A DNA stretch of 64,000 nucleotides from Escherichia phage vB_EcoM_112. Below are positions 10,729-20,976 of this stretch, piece after piece. Location of the stretch: the sequence record NC_024125.2. The stretch is one strand, 5' to 3'. How positions within the stretch are numbered: position 1 is the stretch's first letter; the number at the start of each line of letters is the position of its first letter. The position numbers were made by a program, and so were the translations under genes. The notes under the pieces were generated by a model that made no database searches, had not been told where the DNA came from, and worked only from the letters and a program-made list of their open reading frames with translations.

Positions 10729-11903
10729 TGAGTATGTTGCAACGCCCCGGATATCCAAATCTCAGCGTTAAATTATTTGATAGCTACGACGCTTGGAGTA
10801 ATAATAGATTTGTTGAATTAGCTGCTACTATTACCACATTAACTATGCGGGATTCTCTTTATGGACGAAATGAAGGAATGCTGCAGTTTTATGATTCTAA
10901 AAATATCCACACAAAAATGGATGGAAATGAAATAATTCAAATTTCTGTAGCTAATGCAAACGATATTAATAATGTTAAAACACGAATTTATGGATGCAAG
11001 CATTTTTCCGTGTCAGTAGATTCAAAAGGTGATAACATCATTGCTATTGAATTGGGAACTATTCATTCTATAGAAAATCTTAAATTTGGTAGACCATTTT
11101 TCCCTGATGCAGGTGAATCTATAAAAGAAATGCTTGGTGTCATTTATCAAGACCGCACATTATTAACTCCAGCAATAAATGCTATAAATGCTTATGTTCC
11201 TGATATTCCATGGACTAGTACATTTGAAAATTATTTGTCCTATGTAAGAGAAGTTGCTCTAGCTGTAGGAAGTGACAAATTTGTATTTGTGTGGCAAGAC
11301 ATCATGGGAGTTAACATGATGGACTATGATATGATGATAAATCAAGAACCATATCCAATGATTGTCGGCGAGCCATCTTTAATAGGTCAATTCATCCAAG
11401 AATTAAAATATCCATTAGCATATGATTTCGTTTGGTTGACTAAATCGAATCCTCACAAACGTGACCCAATGAAAAACGCTACTATCTATGCGCATTCGTT
11501 TTTGGATTCTTCATTGCCAATGATTACTACAGGAAAGGGCGAAAACTCTATTGTAGTGTCAAGGTCAGGTGCTTATTCTGAAATGACTTATAGGAATGGA
11601 TATGAAGAAGCTATTCGTCTTCAAACTATGGCGCAATACGATGGCTATGCTAAATGTTCTACTGTCGGTAATTTTAACTTGACTCCTGGCGTTAAAATTA
11701 TTTTTAATGATAGTAAAAATCAATTTAAAACCGAATTTTACGTTGATGAAGTTATCCATGAATTATCAAATAATAATTCCGTAACTCATCTATATATGTT
11801 CACTAATGCAACGAAACTGGAAACAATAGACCCAGTTAAGGTTAAAAATGAATTTAAATCTGATACTACCACTGAAGAAAGTAGTTCTTCCAATAAGCAA
11901 TAA
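10728..11903 (+). CDS. 27: Baseplate hub protein gp27
   Basis: 391 aa (T4 gp27 length); synteny. Confidence 0.9.
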   Translation: MSMLQRPGYPNLSVKLFDSYDAWSNNRFVELAATITTLTMRDSLYGRNEGMLQFYDSKNIHTKMDGNEIIQISVANANDINNVKTRIYGCKHFSVSVDSKGDNIIAIELGTIHSIENLKFGRPFFPDAGESIKEMLGVIYQDRTLLTPAINAINAYVPDIPWTSTFENYLSYVREVALAVGSDKFVFVWQDIMGVNMMDYDMMINQEPYPMIVGEPSLIGQFIQELKYPLAYDFVWLTKSNPHKRDPMKNATIYAHSFLDSSLPMITTGKGENSIVVSRSGAYSEMTYRNGYEEAIRLQTMAQYDGYAKCSTVGNFNLTPGVKIIFNDSKNQFKTEFYVDEVIHELSNNNSVTHLYMFTNATKLETIDPVKVKNEFKSDTTTEESSSSNKQ

Positions 11904-12381
11904 AGAAGTTTCTATTCCTAAAATGGGTCTTAAACACTATAACATTTTAAAAGATGTTAAAGGTCCTGATGAAAATTTAAAACTTCTTATTGATTCTATT
12001 TGTCCGAATTTATCACCGGCAGAAGTTGATTTCGTTTCTATTCATCTATTGGAATTTAATGGAAAGATTAAATCTCGTAAAGAAATAGATGGTTATACTT
12101 ATGACATTAATGATGTTTATGTATGCCAAAGATTGGAATTTCAATACCAAGGAAATACATTTTATTTTAGACCTCCTGGAAAATTTGAACAATTTTTAAC
12201 TGTAAGCGATATGTTATCCAAATGCTTGCTTAAGGTCAATGATGAAGTTAAAGAAATTAATTTTCTTGAGATGCCAGCATTCGTTTTAAAATGGGCAAAT
12301 GATATTTTTACAACTTTAGCAATTCCTGGCCCTAATGGTCCAATAACTGGAATTGGCAATATTATTGGATTATTTGAATGA
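11848..12381 (+). CDS. 28: Baseplate hub distal protein gp28
   Basis: 177 aa; overlaps gp27 3' end as in T4. Confidence 0.8.
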   Translation: MNLNLILPLKKVVLPISNKEVSIPKMGLKHYNILKDVKGPDENLKLLIDSICPNLSPAEVDFVSIHLLEFNGKIKSRKEIDGYTYDINDVYVCQRLEFQYQGNTFYFRPPGKFEQFLTVSDMLSKCLLKVNDEVKEINFLEMPAFVLKWANDIFTTLAIPGPNGPITGIGNIIGLFE

Positions 12382-14150
12382 AAAAGCCACAAGAAATGCA
12401 AACGATGCGTAGAAAAGTTATTTCAGATAATAAACCAACACAGGAAGCGGCTAAATCCGCTTCCAATACTTTATCTGGACTTAATGATATATCTACGAAA
12501 TTGGATGATGCTCAAGCTGCTTCTGAATTAATAGCTCAAACTGTCGAAGAAAAATCGAATGAAATAGTTGGAGCAATTGGTAACGTAGAAAGCGCAGTGA
12601 GTGATACTACTGCCGGTTCTGAGTTAATTGCTGAAACTGTCGAAATTGGCAACAATATTAATAAAGAAATCGGTGAATCACTCGGAAGCAAATTAGATAA
12701 ATTAACAAGTTTACTAGAGCAAAAAATTCAGACAGCTGGAATTCAACAGACTGGAACTAGTTTAGCCACGGTTGAAAGCGCTATTCCTGTTAAAGTTGTT
12801 GAGGATGATACTGCTGAATCTGTGGGTCCTTTATTACCGGCTCCCGAAGCAGTTAATAATGATCCTGATGCTGATTTTTTCCCGACTCCTCAGCCAGTTG
12901 AACCCAAACAAGAATCGCCAGAAGAAAAACAGAAAAAAGAAGCATTTAACTTAAAATTATCTCAAGCTTTAGATAAATTAACAAAGACTGTTGATTTTGG
13001 ATTTAAGAAATCCATTTCAATTAGTGATAAAATATCAAGCATGTTATTTAAGTACACCATAAGTGCTGCTATTGAAGCTGCTAAAATGACTGCAATGATA
13101 TTGGCTGTTGTTGTTGGAATAGACCTGTTGATGGTTCATTTTAAATACTGGTCAGATAAATTTTCAAAAGCCTGGGATTTATTTAATACTGACTTTACTA
13201 AATTCTCTAGCGAAACCGGAACATGGGGTCCTTTATTACAGAGCATCTTTAGTTCTATTGATAAAATTCAACAATTTTGGGAAAAGGGAGATTGGGGCGG
13301 ATTGACGGCAGCTATCATAGAAGGACTCGGAAGTGTTCTTTTTAATTTAGGAGAGCTTATTCAATTAGGTATGGCTAAATTATCTGCTGCAATTCTTCGA
13401 GTCATTCCTGGCATGAAAGACACTGCTGATGAAGTAGAAGGAAGAGCACTGGAAAATTTCCAAAATACTACTGGAGCATCTCTCAATAAAGAAGACCAGG
13501 AAAAAGTTGCAAATTATCAGTACAAAAGAATGAATGGAGACCTTGGTCCGATAGCAAAAGGATTAGACAAAATTGCGAACTGGAAAACTCGTGCATCTAA
13601 CTGGATTCGTGGTGTAGATAATAAAGAAGCACTAACATCTGATGAAGAGAGAGCAGAGGAAGAAGAAAAATTAAAGCAGCTTTCTCCAGAGGAAGCTAAA
13701 ATTGCTTTAATGAAAGCTAATGAAGCTCGTGCTGCTATGAATCGTTTTGAAAAATATGCTGATTCAGCTGATATGAGTAAAGACTCAACGGTTAAATCTG
13801 TTGAATCTGCCTATGAAGACCTTAAAAAACGGATGGATGACCCGGATTTAAACAATTCACCGGCAGTTAAAAAAGAACTTGCTGCTAGATTTTCTAAAAT
13901 TGATGCTACTTATCAAGAGCTCAAGAAAAATCAGCCTAATGCCAAACCTGAAACTTCTGCTAAATCGCCAGAAGCGAAACAGGTCCAGGTTATTGAAAAG
14001 AACAAAGCACAGCAAGCTCCTGTTCAGCAAGCATCTCCTTCAATCAATAATACTAATAATGTTATTAAGAAAAATACTGTCGTTCATAATATGACACCTG
14101 TCACAAGCACAACTGCTCCTGGTGTATTTGATGCGACTGGAGTTAATTAA
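12378..14150 (+). CDS. 29: Baseplate hub / tail length determinator gp29
   Basis: 590 aa (T4 gp29 length); coiled-coil rich. Confidence 0.88.
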   Translation: MKKPQEMQTMRRKVISDNKPTQEAAKSASNTLSGLNDISTKLDDAQAASELIAQTVEEKSNEIVGAIGNVESAVSDTTAGSELIAETVEIGNNINKEIGESLGSKLDKLTSLLEQKIQTAGIQQTGTSLATVESAIPVKVVEDDTAESVGPLLPAPEAVNNDPDADFFPTPQPVEPKQESPEEKQKKEAFNLKLSQALDKLTKTVDFGFKKSISISDKISSMLFKYTISAAIEAAKMTAMILAVVVGIDLLMVHFKYWSDKFSKAWDLFNTDFTKFSSETGTWGPLLQSIFSSIDKIQQFWEKGDWGGLTAAIIEGLGSVLFNLGELIQLGMAKLSAAILRVIPGMKDTADEVEGRALENFQNTTGASLNKEDQEKVANYQYKRMNGDLGPIAKGLDKIANWKTRASNWIRGVDNKEALTSDEERAEEEEKLKQLSPEEAKIALMKANEARAAMNRFEKYADSADMSKDSTVKSVESAYEDLKKRMDDPDLNNSPAVKKELAARFSKIDATYQELKKNQPNAKPETSAKSPEAKQVQVIEKNKAQQAPVQQASPSINNTNNVIKKNTVVHNMTPVTSTTAPGVFDATGVN

Positions 14151-14158
14151 GGAATAAT

Positions 14159-15253
14159 ATGGCAATTGTTAAAGAAATAACTGCTGATTTAATTAAAAAG
14201 TCCGGTGAGAAAATTTCAGCCGGACAGAGTACTAAATCAGAAGTAGGAACTAAAACATACACAGCCCAGTTTCCAACTGGGCGTGCTAGTGGTAATGACA
14301 CTACAGGGGACTTCCAGGTAACAGATCTATATAAGAATGGATTATTATTTACTGCATACAATATGTCATCTAGGGATTCTGGAAGTCTTAGATCGATGAG
14401 ATCTAACTACTCTTCTTCATCTTCGAGTATTTTACGTACAGCCAGAAACACTATCAGTAATACAGTATCAAAACTATCAAATGGATTAATATCAAATAAT
14501 AATTCAGGAACAATAAGTAAAGCTCCTATCGCAAACATTCTTTTACCGAGATCTAAATCTGATGTTGATACATCATCACATAGATTTAATGATGTTCAAG
14601 AAAGCCTTATCAGTAGAGGCGGAGGTACTGCTACTGGAGTGCTAAGTAATATTGCTTCAACCGCAGTATTTGGGGCACTGGAAAGTATAACACAAGGTAT
14701 AATGGCTGATAATAATGAACAGATTTATACGACAGCCAGAAGTATGTATGGTGGTGCTGAAAATAGAACTAAAGTGTTTACTTGGGATTTGACTCCACGT
14801 TCAACAGAAGATTTAATGGCTATTATTAATATCTATCAATATTTTAACTATTTTTCTTATGGTGAAACTGGTAAATCTCAATATGCTGCTGAAATAAAGG
14901 GGTATTTAGATGATTGGTATCGTTCTACGTTAATTGAACCTTTATCTCCGGAAGACGCAGCTAAAAATAAAACACTATTTGAGAAAATGACATCGAGTTT
15001 AACTAACGTTCTAGTAGTTTCAAACCCGACAGTTTGGATGGTGAAAAACTTTGGTGCAACATCTAAGTTTGATGGAAAAACGGAAATATTTGGTCCATGC
15101 CAAATACAGAGCATTAGATTTGATAAAACACCTAATGGTAACTTTAACGGATTAGCTATTGCTCCAAACCTCCCTAGTACATTTACTCTCGAGATTACTA
15201 TGAGAGAAATTATCACGTTAAACCGTGCTTCTTTATATGCGGGGACTTTTTAA
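14159..15253 (+). CDS. 48: Baseplate tail-tube junction protein gp48
   Basis: 364 aa; synteny. Confidence 0.88.
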   Translation: MAIVKEITADLIKKSGEKISAGQSTKSEVGTKTYTAQFPTGRASGNDTTGDFQVTDLYKNGLLFTAYNMSSRDSGSLRSMRSNYSSSSSSILRTARNTISNTVSKLSNGLISNNNSGTISKAPIANILLPRSKSDVDTSSHRFNDVQESLISRGGGTATGVLSNIASTAVFGALESITQGIMADNNEQIYTTARSMYGGAENRTKVFTWDLTPRSTEDLMAIINIYQYFNYFSYGETGKSQYAAEIKGYLDDWYRSTLIEPLSPEDAAKNKTLFEKMTSSLTNVLVVSNPTVWMVKNFGATSKFDGKTEIFGPCQIQSIRFDKTPNGNFNGLAIAPNLPSTFTLEITMREIITLNRASLYAGTF

Positions 15254-16176
15254 TGTATTCTTTAGAGGAATTTAATAATCAAGCAATAAACGCAGATTTC
15301 CAACGTAATAATATGTTTAGCTGCGTTTTTGCGACAACTCCATCAACTAAAAGCTCTTCGTTGATAAGTTCAATTAGCAACTTTTCTTATAATAACTTGG
15401 GCCTAAATTCAGATTGGTTAGGATTGACTCAAGGTGATATTAATCAGGGAATTACCACGCTAATTACTGCTGGCACACAAAAACTGATAAGAAAATCAGG
15501 GGTTAGTAAATATCTTATTGGTGCCATGAGTCAACGTACAGTTCAAAGTTTATTAGGCTCATTTACAGTTGGTACATATTTAATTGACTTCTTTAACATG
15601 GCATATAACTCATCTGGATTGATGATATACTCTGTAAAAATGCCAGAGAATAGATTATCCTATGAAACTGACTGGAACTATAATTCTCCTAATATTCGTA
15701 TAACTGGGAGAGAATTAGACCCTTTGGTTATTTCATTTAGAATGGATTCAGAAGCTTGTAACTATCGTGCAATGCAAGACTGGGTTAACTCCGTTCAAGA
15801 CCCAGTAACTGGACTGCGTGCTTTGCCACAGGATGTCGAGGCAGATATTCAGGTTAATCTTCATTCTCGTAATGGATTGCCTCATACTGCGGTGATGTTC
15901 ACTGGATGCATTCCAATATCAGTGAGCGCTCCTGAGTTATCATATGATGGAGATAACCAAATAACTACATTTGATGTTACTTTTGCGTATAGAGTGATGC
16001 AGGCTGGAGCAGTTGATAGGCAAGCTGCGCTTGAATGGCTTGAATCTGCTGCTATAAATGGTATTCAAAGCGTTCTCGGAAATAGTGGAGGTGTTACTGA
16101 ACTATCTAATTCGCTTTCACGACTCAGTAGATTAGGTGGAACTGCAGGAAGCATTTCAAATATTAGTATACTATGA
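15253..16176 (+). CDS. 54: Baseplate tail-tube junction protein gp54
   Basis: 307 aa; synteny; followed by bidirectional terminator. Confidence 0.88.
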   Translation: MYSLEEFNNQAINADFQRNNMFSCVFATTPSTKSSSLISSISNFSYNNLGLNSDWLGLTQGDINQGITTLITAGTQKLIRKSGVSKYLIGAMSQRTVQSLLGSFTVGTYLIDFFNMAYNSSGLMIYSVKMPENRLSYETDWNYNSPNIRITGRELDPLVISFRMDSEACNYRAMQDWVNSVQDPVTGLRALPQDVEADIQVNLHSRNGLPHTAVMFTGCIPISVSAPELSYDGDNQITTFDVTFAYRVMQAGAVDRQAALEWLESAAINGIQSVLGNSGGVTELSNSLSRLSRLGGTAGSISNISIL

Positions 16177-16224
16177 CAGGGATTGTCAATTCGCAGAGTA
16201 AAATATTAGGAGCAATATAACAAC

Positions 16225-16248
16225 GGGGACCTTTCGGTCCCCATATTT
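16225..16248. terminator. Bidirectional terminator between gene 54 and the alt region
   Basis: GGGGACCTTTCGGTCCCC + TATTTTTATTT. Confidence 0.75.
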
Positions 16249-16539
16249 TTATTTGCGGAATGAAATGAAAGCAGAAACTGAAGCAACTAAACTGTCTTCA
16301 ATATAAACTTCAATTTTTACCGGAGCTTCTGACTCAAATTTACCTGTTACTACACCCTGAAAAATACTTTCAGTCTGTTCTGGCTTTGAAAAATTTTCAG
16401 AAGGAAAAATTCCAAACTTTTTATCTGTTCCGAAAATTTTGATAAATTCATCATAAACTGCTTCATTAAAAGCATTATCAGCAGGAATAACGCCTTCAAC
16501 TACAAGTTCTTGACCTAAAAAGCGTAAAGAAGATTTCAT
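16249..16539 (-). CDS. Hypothetical protein (T4 alt.-3 position)
   Basis: 96-aa ORF with SD GAGGAA, downstream of an early promoter cassette. Confidence 0.6.
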   Translation of the reverse strand: MKSSLRFLGQELVVEGVIPADNAFNEAVYDEFIKIFGTDKKFGIFPSENFSKPEQTESIFQGVVTGKFESEAPVKIEVYIEDSLVASVSAFISFRK

Positions 16540-16546
16540 TTTGTGT

Positions 16547-16600
16547 TCCTCATGTTATGTCAGTAAGACTACTATAACACAACACGAGGGACTTGTAAAC
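16547..16600. repeat. 54-bp perfect direct repeat, copy A (promoter-leader cassette)
   Basis: TCCTCATGTTATGTCAGTAAGACTACTATAACACAACACGAGGGACTTGTAAAC identical at 30140-30193. Confidence 0.9.
16571..16600 (-). promoter_or_regulatory. Early promoter (GTTTAC -35, TATAGT -10), copy 1 of 54-bp repeat
   Basis: Minus-strand GTTTAC-18-TATAGT followed by leader and SD GAGGAA. Confidence 0.6.
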
Positions 16601-16957
16601 TACATTTTGAACTTTTTAGTACGCGTAATAGGCATGCGTCGATTTTATACTGTTTCATTGTTTGAAGAGCAGTATCAAAAACAGCATTAATGACACCAAT
16701 TGGATTTCCACCCAAGTTTTTAAGCTTAACTAATGATAGTTTCTCATTAACACCTATCATTACGATATGCATCATTTTATCGCCCGGCTTAACGTTTTAT
16801 TCGTATCACCGCCAGAGGTGTATGTACAAAATCTAAATCCAGGAAGCACGCTTTCTTCGCCGGCTTGAATAGCAAAAATTTGTGGTATTTTATGCTTAGG
16901 ATTTAAGTTAACAACCGGCGCCGAAGCGCCGTCAAATAATTCTGTAATAAGTTCCAT
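16572..16957 (-). pseudogene. Two adjacent ORFs (16772-16957, 16572-16775) that are frame-shifted paralogous copies of the alt N-terminus (T4 alt.-1/alt.-2 position)
   Basis: MELITELFDGASAPVVNLNPKHKIPQIF...GFRFCTYTSGGDTN aligns to Alt residues ~2-60; MMHIV...LGGNPIGVINAVFDTALQTMKQYKIDACLLRVLKS aligns to Alt ~65-125. Confidence 0.6.
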
Positions 16958-16960
16958 GAT

Positions 16961-19012
16961 TTATCCTTGAACGAACTTGTAAGGCATGTTTGCAATATCT
17001 ATGCAAGACGCAATAATTCCAAGAGATGATTCTACTTTCTGTTTAACATTTGATGAAACAAATGATGCAAAGTCAACTCTATCTTCTATATCACCTGTCA
17101 TTGTAACCAATTCACCAGTTTCCATTAAACGGTCACCGTCATAAATTACCGATTCGGTGAGTTCTTCTGTGGTCATAACTTCAGCTTGAATAAGCTTGTT
17201 GTTAGTTCTAACTGTTCCATCGTTGTAAGATGCATCGGTTATTTTATTAACTTTGACCATTAATCCACGTGGCAAAATGACTTCCATTTCATTTGAAGGC
17301 GCTAAACTTCCACCGGGTAAAACAACATTGACCTTATCAGCCCCAGTAATAACCCATCCAATTCCAACTAAATTATCGCTAGAATTTACAAGTCCTTCAT
17401 CAGTTTTATCAATAGAAACACTTAAACGCTTTTCGTCTGGTAAAACACCCACAGATGAATCAGTCATCCAAGTACCAAAAATATTTGGATATAATGATGT
17501 TGACACAAAGTTTCTAAAATAAAAAACTCGATTTTTTACCATTGCTTCATATATTGAAGGTAACATTCGTTGTGAACGATACAAAGTAATACCTTTTGGT
17601 AATCGTTCACCATTTTTAAAGGCTGAATCTAAATTATCAATGGCTTGTTCTATTTCAGGTGCTGTTAAAATACTTGTACGCTCATCTGGATTATATAATC
17701 CCAAAAGAGCATTATTTATGTCTACATATCCTGAACCTACATATTCACGAATTCCGCGTTTTTGCGCTGGTGTGTATTTAGATGAATCTTTATTTTCGAC
17801 TATAGGATGTAATGACCATCCAGCGGTAAGAGCATATCCACGTAATTCTCTTCGAATAATCTTTGTTTTTATTGCATTCCAAGAATTTTGTACTAACTCA
17901 TTTGCAGCATCTTGGTTTAAATGCGAATGTCTGTTAATATTTCTTTCAAACCAAGCACCTTTATATTTTTCTAAAGTATCATCGACGATAGAAGCAATAG
18001 TTTCTAAAGTTTTTATTGAAGTAATAGATTCTTTTCGTAATTTTTCTAAAGCTTTATTTTTTATTTCTGCATTAATAATGGATTCTTTATCTTCAGGAAT
18101 TATAGAAGCTTCTCTGAATGCCATCCCAGCTGTAACACTGCTAAGAGCATTCTCTAGTGCAAATCCTGAAGTAGAAATTACCGTTAATTCATTAGAATCA
18201 GAAATTAAAGGAGCGTCCGCTGGTTTATTTAATTCTGCCGCTGAAGCCTCAAATTTTTGAAACATCGGTGTTTCAAATCTAGAAGATTCCAATGACTGAC
18301 TTTGTGCAATTGCTCTACGGGAAATTTTAACTTTAACGATTACAGCTTGGTCAGAACGTTTATCATTTTCTTGTGCAATAGATGCTGCAATTGCCTCATT
18401 TTTAGTTACTTGAGCTCCAGTATCTTTATTGATATAAACATCACCGACCTTCGATTCAACTTTAGTAAAGAGCTCGGTACTAATTTCCGGAACCCCTGGA
18501 ATGTCTTCTAGTGATACATTTTTGCGATGTATAAGAATATATGCATACTTTTTATCATAATCCCAGAGTTCCTTAAGAAGGACGTATCTGCCACCTGAAC
18601 GACTACGGATAAGTCTATCAGCAATAACTTGAATTTGTCGAGCTTGGCCAGCAGTTTTAGACTTAAGAATACGAAGCATACAAGCATCAATTTTATACTG
18701 ACGCATTGTTTGCAATGCAACAGTAAAAACCGAATTGATATAATTAATTGGGCTTGGACCAAGACCTTTCAATTTAGCAATTGAACCTTTAGCGGTTAAT
18801 GTAAAAGGAACAATATGCATCATTTTATCGCCCATCTTTAAATCACGATTAGTATCACCTCCAGATGTATAGGTACATAAACGAAAGCCTGGTTGTTCAA
18901 TTGCGTCATCAACATGAACTGAAAAAATTTGCGGTATTTTCTTCTTTGGATTTAAGTTTGTAATCGGAAGAGTAGTATCTTCGTCAAATAATTCTGTAAT
19001 TAGTTCCATCAT
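16961..19012 (-). CDS. alt: Alt, ADP-ribosyltransferase packaged in the head
   Basis: 683-codon ORF (T4 Alt 682 aa); N-terminus MELITELF; late-promoter-like TATAAATA on minus strand at 19033-19040. Confidence 0.9.
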   Translation of the reverse strand: MMELITELFDEDTTLPITNLNPKKKIPQIFSVHVDDAIEQPGFRLCTYTSGGDTNRDLKMGDKMMHIVPFTLTAKGSIAKLKGLGPSPINYINSVFTVALQTMRQYKIDACMLRILKSKTAGQARQIQVIADRLIRSRSGGRYVLLKELWDYDKKYAYILIHRKNVSLEDIPGVPEISTELFTKVESKVGDVYINKDTGAQVTKNEAIAASIAQENDKRSDQAVIVKVKISRRAIAQSQSLESSRFETPMFQKFEASAAELNKPADAPLISDSNELTVISTSGFALENALSSVTAGMAFREASIIPEDKESIINAEIKNKALEKLRKESITSIKTLETIASIVDDTLEKYKGAWFERNINRHSHLNQDAANELVQNSWNAIKTKIIRRELRGYALTAGWSLHPIVENKDSSKYTPAQKRGIREYVGSGYVDINNALLGLYNPDERTSILTAPEIEQAIDNLDSAFKNGERLPKGITLYRSQRMLPSIYEAMVKNRVFYFRNFVSTSLYPNIFGTWMTDSSVGVLPDEKRLSVSIDKTDEGLVNSSDNLVGIGWVITGADKVNVVLPGGSLAPSNEMEVILPRGLMVKVNKITDASYNDGTVRTNNKLIQAEVMTTEELTESVIYDGDRLMETGELVTMTGDIEDRVDFASFVSSNVKQKVESSLGIIASCIDIANMPYKFVQG

Positions 19013-19032
19013 ATCCTCTCTAGTGTTTATTC

Positions 19033-19040
19033 TATTTATA
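19033..19040 (-). promoter_or_regulatory. Late promoter (TATAAATA on minus strand) upstream of alt
   Basis: Plus-strand TATTTATA ~20 nt upstream of the alt start. Confidence 0.55.
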
Positions 19041-19045
19041 AAATT

Positions 19046-19063
19046 AAAGGCCCGAAGGCCTTT
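19046..19063 (-). terminator. Hairpin downstream of the gene 30 operon
   Basis: AAAGGCCCGAAGGCCTTT. Confidence 0.55.
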
Positions 19064-19250
19064 AGTAATCTAGTGGTAAGAGAGTACGATATATTTCAAA
19101 CTTTGGTCCTTTTTCATAGGCATCAAATGTTTCTGTGAATTTATTATAAGCGTATGCATCTACAAATTCGAGAACGATTTGTGATACAGAAGTAGAAACA
19201 TCTCCACCTTCTTTTTGAGCAATGACAATTGCTTCTAAGTAAGCTTTCAT
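19062..19250 (-). CDS. Hypothetical 62-aa protein between alt and gene 30
   Basis: ORF translationally coupled to gene 30 stop. Confidence 0.55.
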   Translation of the reverse strand: MKAYLEAIVIAQKEGGDVSTSVSQIVLEFVDAYAYNKFTETFDAYEKGPKFEIYRTLLPLDY

Positions 19251-20710
19251 AGACCAGTTACCTCATGAAAATCGCCAAATACATCTTCGAACGTATTAGC
19301 TTTAGTTTTATCTTCGCGTAAACGAATCGCAATCGGAAGAAATAATTTAACGTAATCAGTGCGGCCATCAGATTTTAACCAACCGTTGCATTCGCACTCT
19401 AGAATTTTTCCAATATAATAATTTTGGTTTTCCATAATGCGAGTACGGTCAAGTTCATGCGATTTTACACCGGCTTTATCTTTTAAGCCTGAACCAGCAT
19501 TTACCTTAATTTTTCCACACTCTGACTCAAGAATAAATCCACCTGCTTTAGTAGGGTCTTTACGGTGAGGATAAATTCCTACAATTTTTAAATCAACATC
19601 AATTACTTCTTTAAATTTATAAAGATTTTTTGAACGGGCATTTTCCCATAACCCATCAACGTTTTTGAGAATAATACCTTCAAGACCTTGGTCAATATAC
19701 TTTTTATAAATTACCTTGGCTTCGTCTAGGTTATTTACTACCTGGTTTTCAATTAAAATTACTTTATCATAGCCTGATGTCATTTGTTCTAGTTTAGAAA
19801 AACGTACATCATATTTCAAACGAAATGCAGGAAGACCGTATATTTCTACCAACGGTACATAATCCCAGACCTGAAACTTCATGCATTGAGCTTCTTTTTC
19901 AGAAATGGTTCCCTTTAAAGATTTATTAGCGATTCCATTAGAAGTAGTACGTGATTCAGCTACTTCGGCGAATTCTTTGGCTTTACTAATTTCAGGATAA
20001 GCATCAAAAAGAAAATCTAGGCCTTCTGGTTCCTTTTTAACTTGCTCATGGTATACCAATTCGCCATCAATTAACACACCTTCTGGATGAATCTGGCGGG
20101 CTTCAGCAGTCATTTTGATTAACTCTTCCTTAAGAAGATCTAATCCTAGATATTCATTACCAGCTCGTGATAAAAGACGAACATCATCTAATTCATCACC
20201 TCTGACTTCGGCAAAGCACCGAGCTCCATCAGCTTTTAATTGGGCAAAGGCTGGAAATTTGATATTCTTATTAATGCCTTTTTCATCATAAGAACTTGCC
20301 AGCATTTGAGGTTGTTCAGGAATTAAACCTGGCCAAACTTTGTTTGCAATAGATACTGAAGCACCGCATTCAAGGTCTCGCATCATCACCCGACGCAAAA
20401 CTTCAACATCATCTTTTTTACCGTCAGTAATATATCCAGTTAATTCCTCAATTGCTGCATTGCCAGTTAATTTCCGAGTAGCTAACGTGAATTCAATGAA
20501 GTCAAGCATATCGGTAATAGTCAGCATTCCAAAACTCTGGGTAGCAATACCAGGTTTAGGCCATTTCTTGATATAATACTGCAACCCACGAGAATAAGTT
20601 AAACGATATACTCGTTTAAGCAATTCATTATCTTTATTCTTTTCAAGAATTGCTTGCTTCTGCTTAGTTGAACCAATAGATGCTATTTCGTTCAGAATTT
20701 TAAGAATCAT
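19247..20710 (-). CDS. 30: ATP-dependent DNA ligase gp30
   Basis: 487 aa; near-identical to remembered T4 DNA ligase; motif I AQLKADGAR (KxDG). Confidence 0.95.
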   Translation of the reverse strand: MILKILNEIASIGSTKQKQAILEKNKDNELLKRVYRLTYSRGLQYYIKKWPKPGIATQSFGMLTITDMLDFIEFTLATRKLTGNAAIEELTGYITDGKKDDVEVLRRVMMRDLECGASVSIANKVWPGLIPEQPQMLASSYDEKGINKNIKFPAFAQLKADGARCFAEVRGDELDDVRLLSRAGNEYLGLDLLKEELIKMTAEARQIHPEGVLIDGELVYHEQVKKEPEGLDFLFDAYPEISKAKEFAEVAESRTTSNGIANKSLKGTISEKEAQCMKFQVWDYVPLVEIYGLPAFRLKYDVRFSKLEQMTSGYDKVILIENQVVNNLDEAKVIYKKYIDQGLEGIILKNVDGLWENARSKNLYKFKEVIDVDLKIVGIYPHRKDPTKAGGFILESECGKIKVNAGSGLKDKAGVKSHELDRTRIMENQNYYIGKILECECNGWLKSDGRTDYVKLFLPIAIRLREDKTKANTFEDVFGDFHEVTGL

Positions 20711-20976
20711 TGTTCATCCTTTAGAGTTTGGTTTACAGCTCTATTATAAATCAATTCATCATTAAGCTCAGTCAAAGACCTATGATATGTAGTTCTAACT
20801 TTATTTCCTTGCATCCAGTGCTTGACGTAAATGAAACCTTGTTCTACGCATTTTTTAAAAATTCGTTCGTCTTTTTGAGCACGGAATTCTGGATTGCATC
20901 TAAAAAATTGATTTACGTGACCGTAATCACGTGTAGTATTACCTTCATTTTCATAAATAGTATGAACAACAAACAT
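20707..20976 (-). CDS. Hypothetical protein (30.1 position)
   Basis: 89-aa ORF, coupled to neighbours. Confidence 0.6.
   Translation of the reverse strand: MFVVHTIYENEGNTTRDYGHVNQFFRCNPEFRAQKDERIFKKCVEQGFIYVKHWMQGNKVRTTYHRSLTELNDELIYNRAVNQTLKDEQ

Noticed and set aside
17253-18762. Several ORFs (17253-17522, 17640-18260, 18302-18511, 18508-18762) overlapping alt
   Set aside because: All embedded in or antisense to the 683-codon alt ORF; hydrophobic or Cys-rich low-complexity translations typical of A/T-rich antisense frames.
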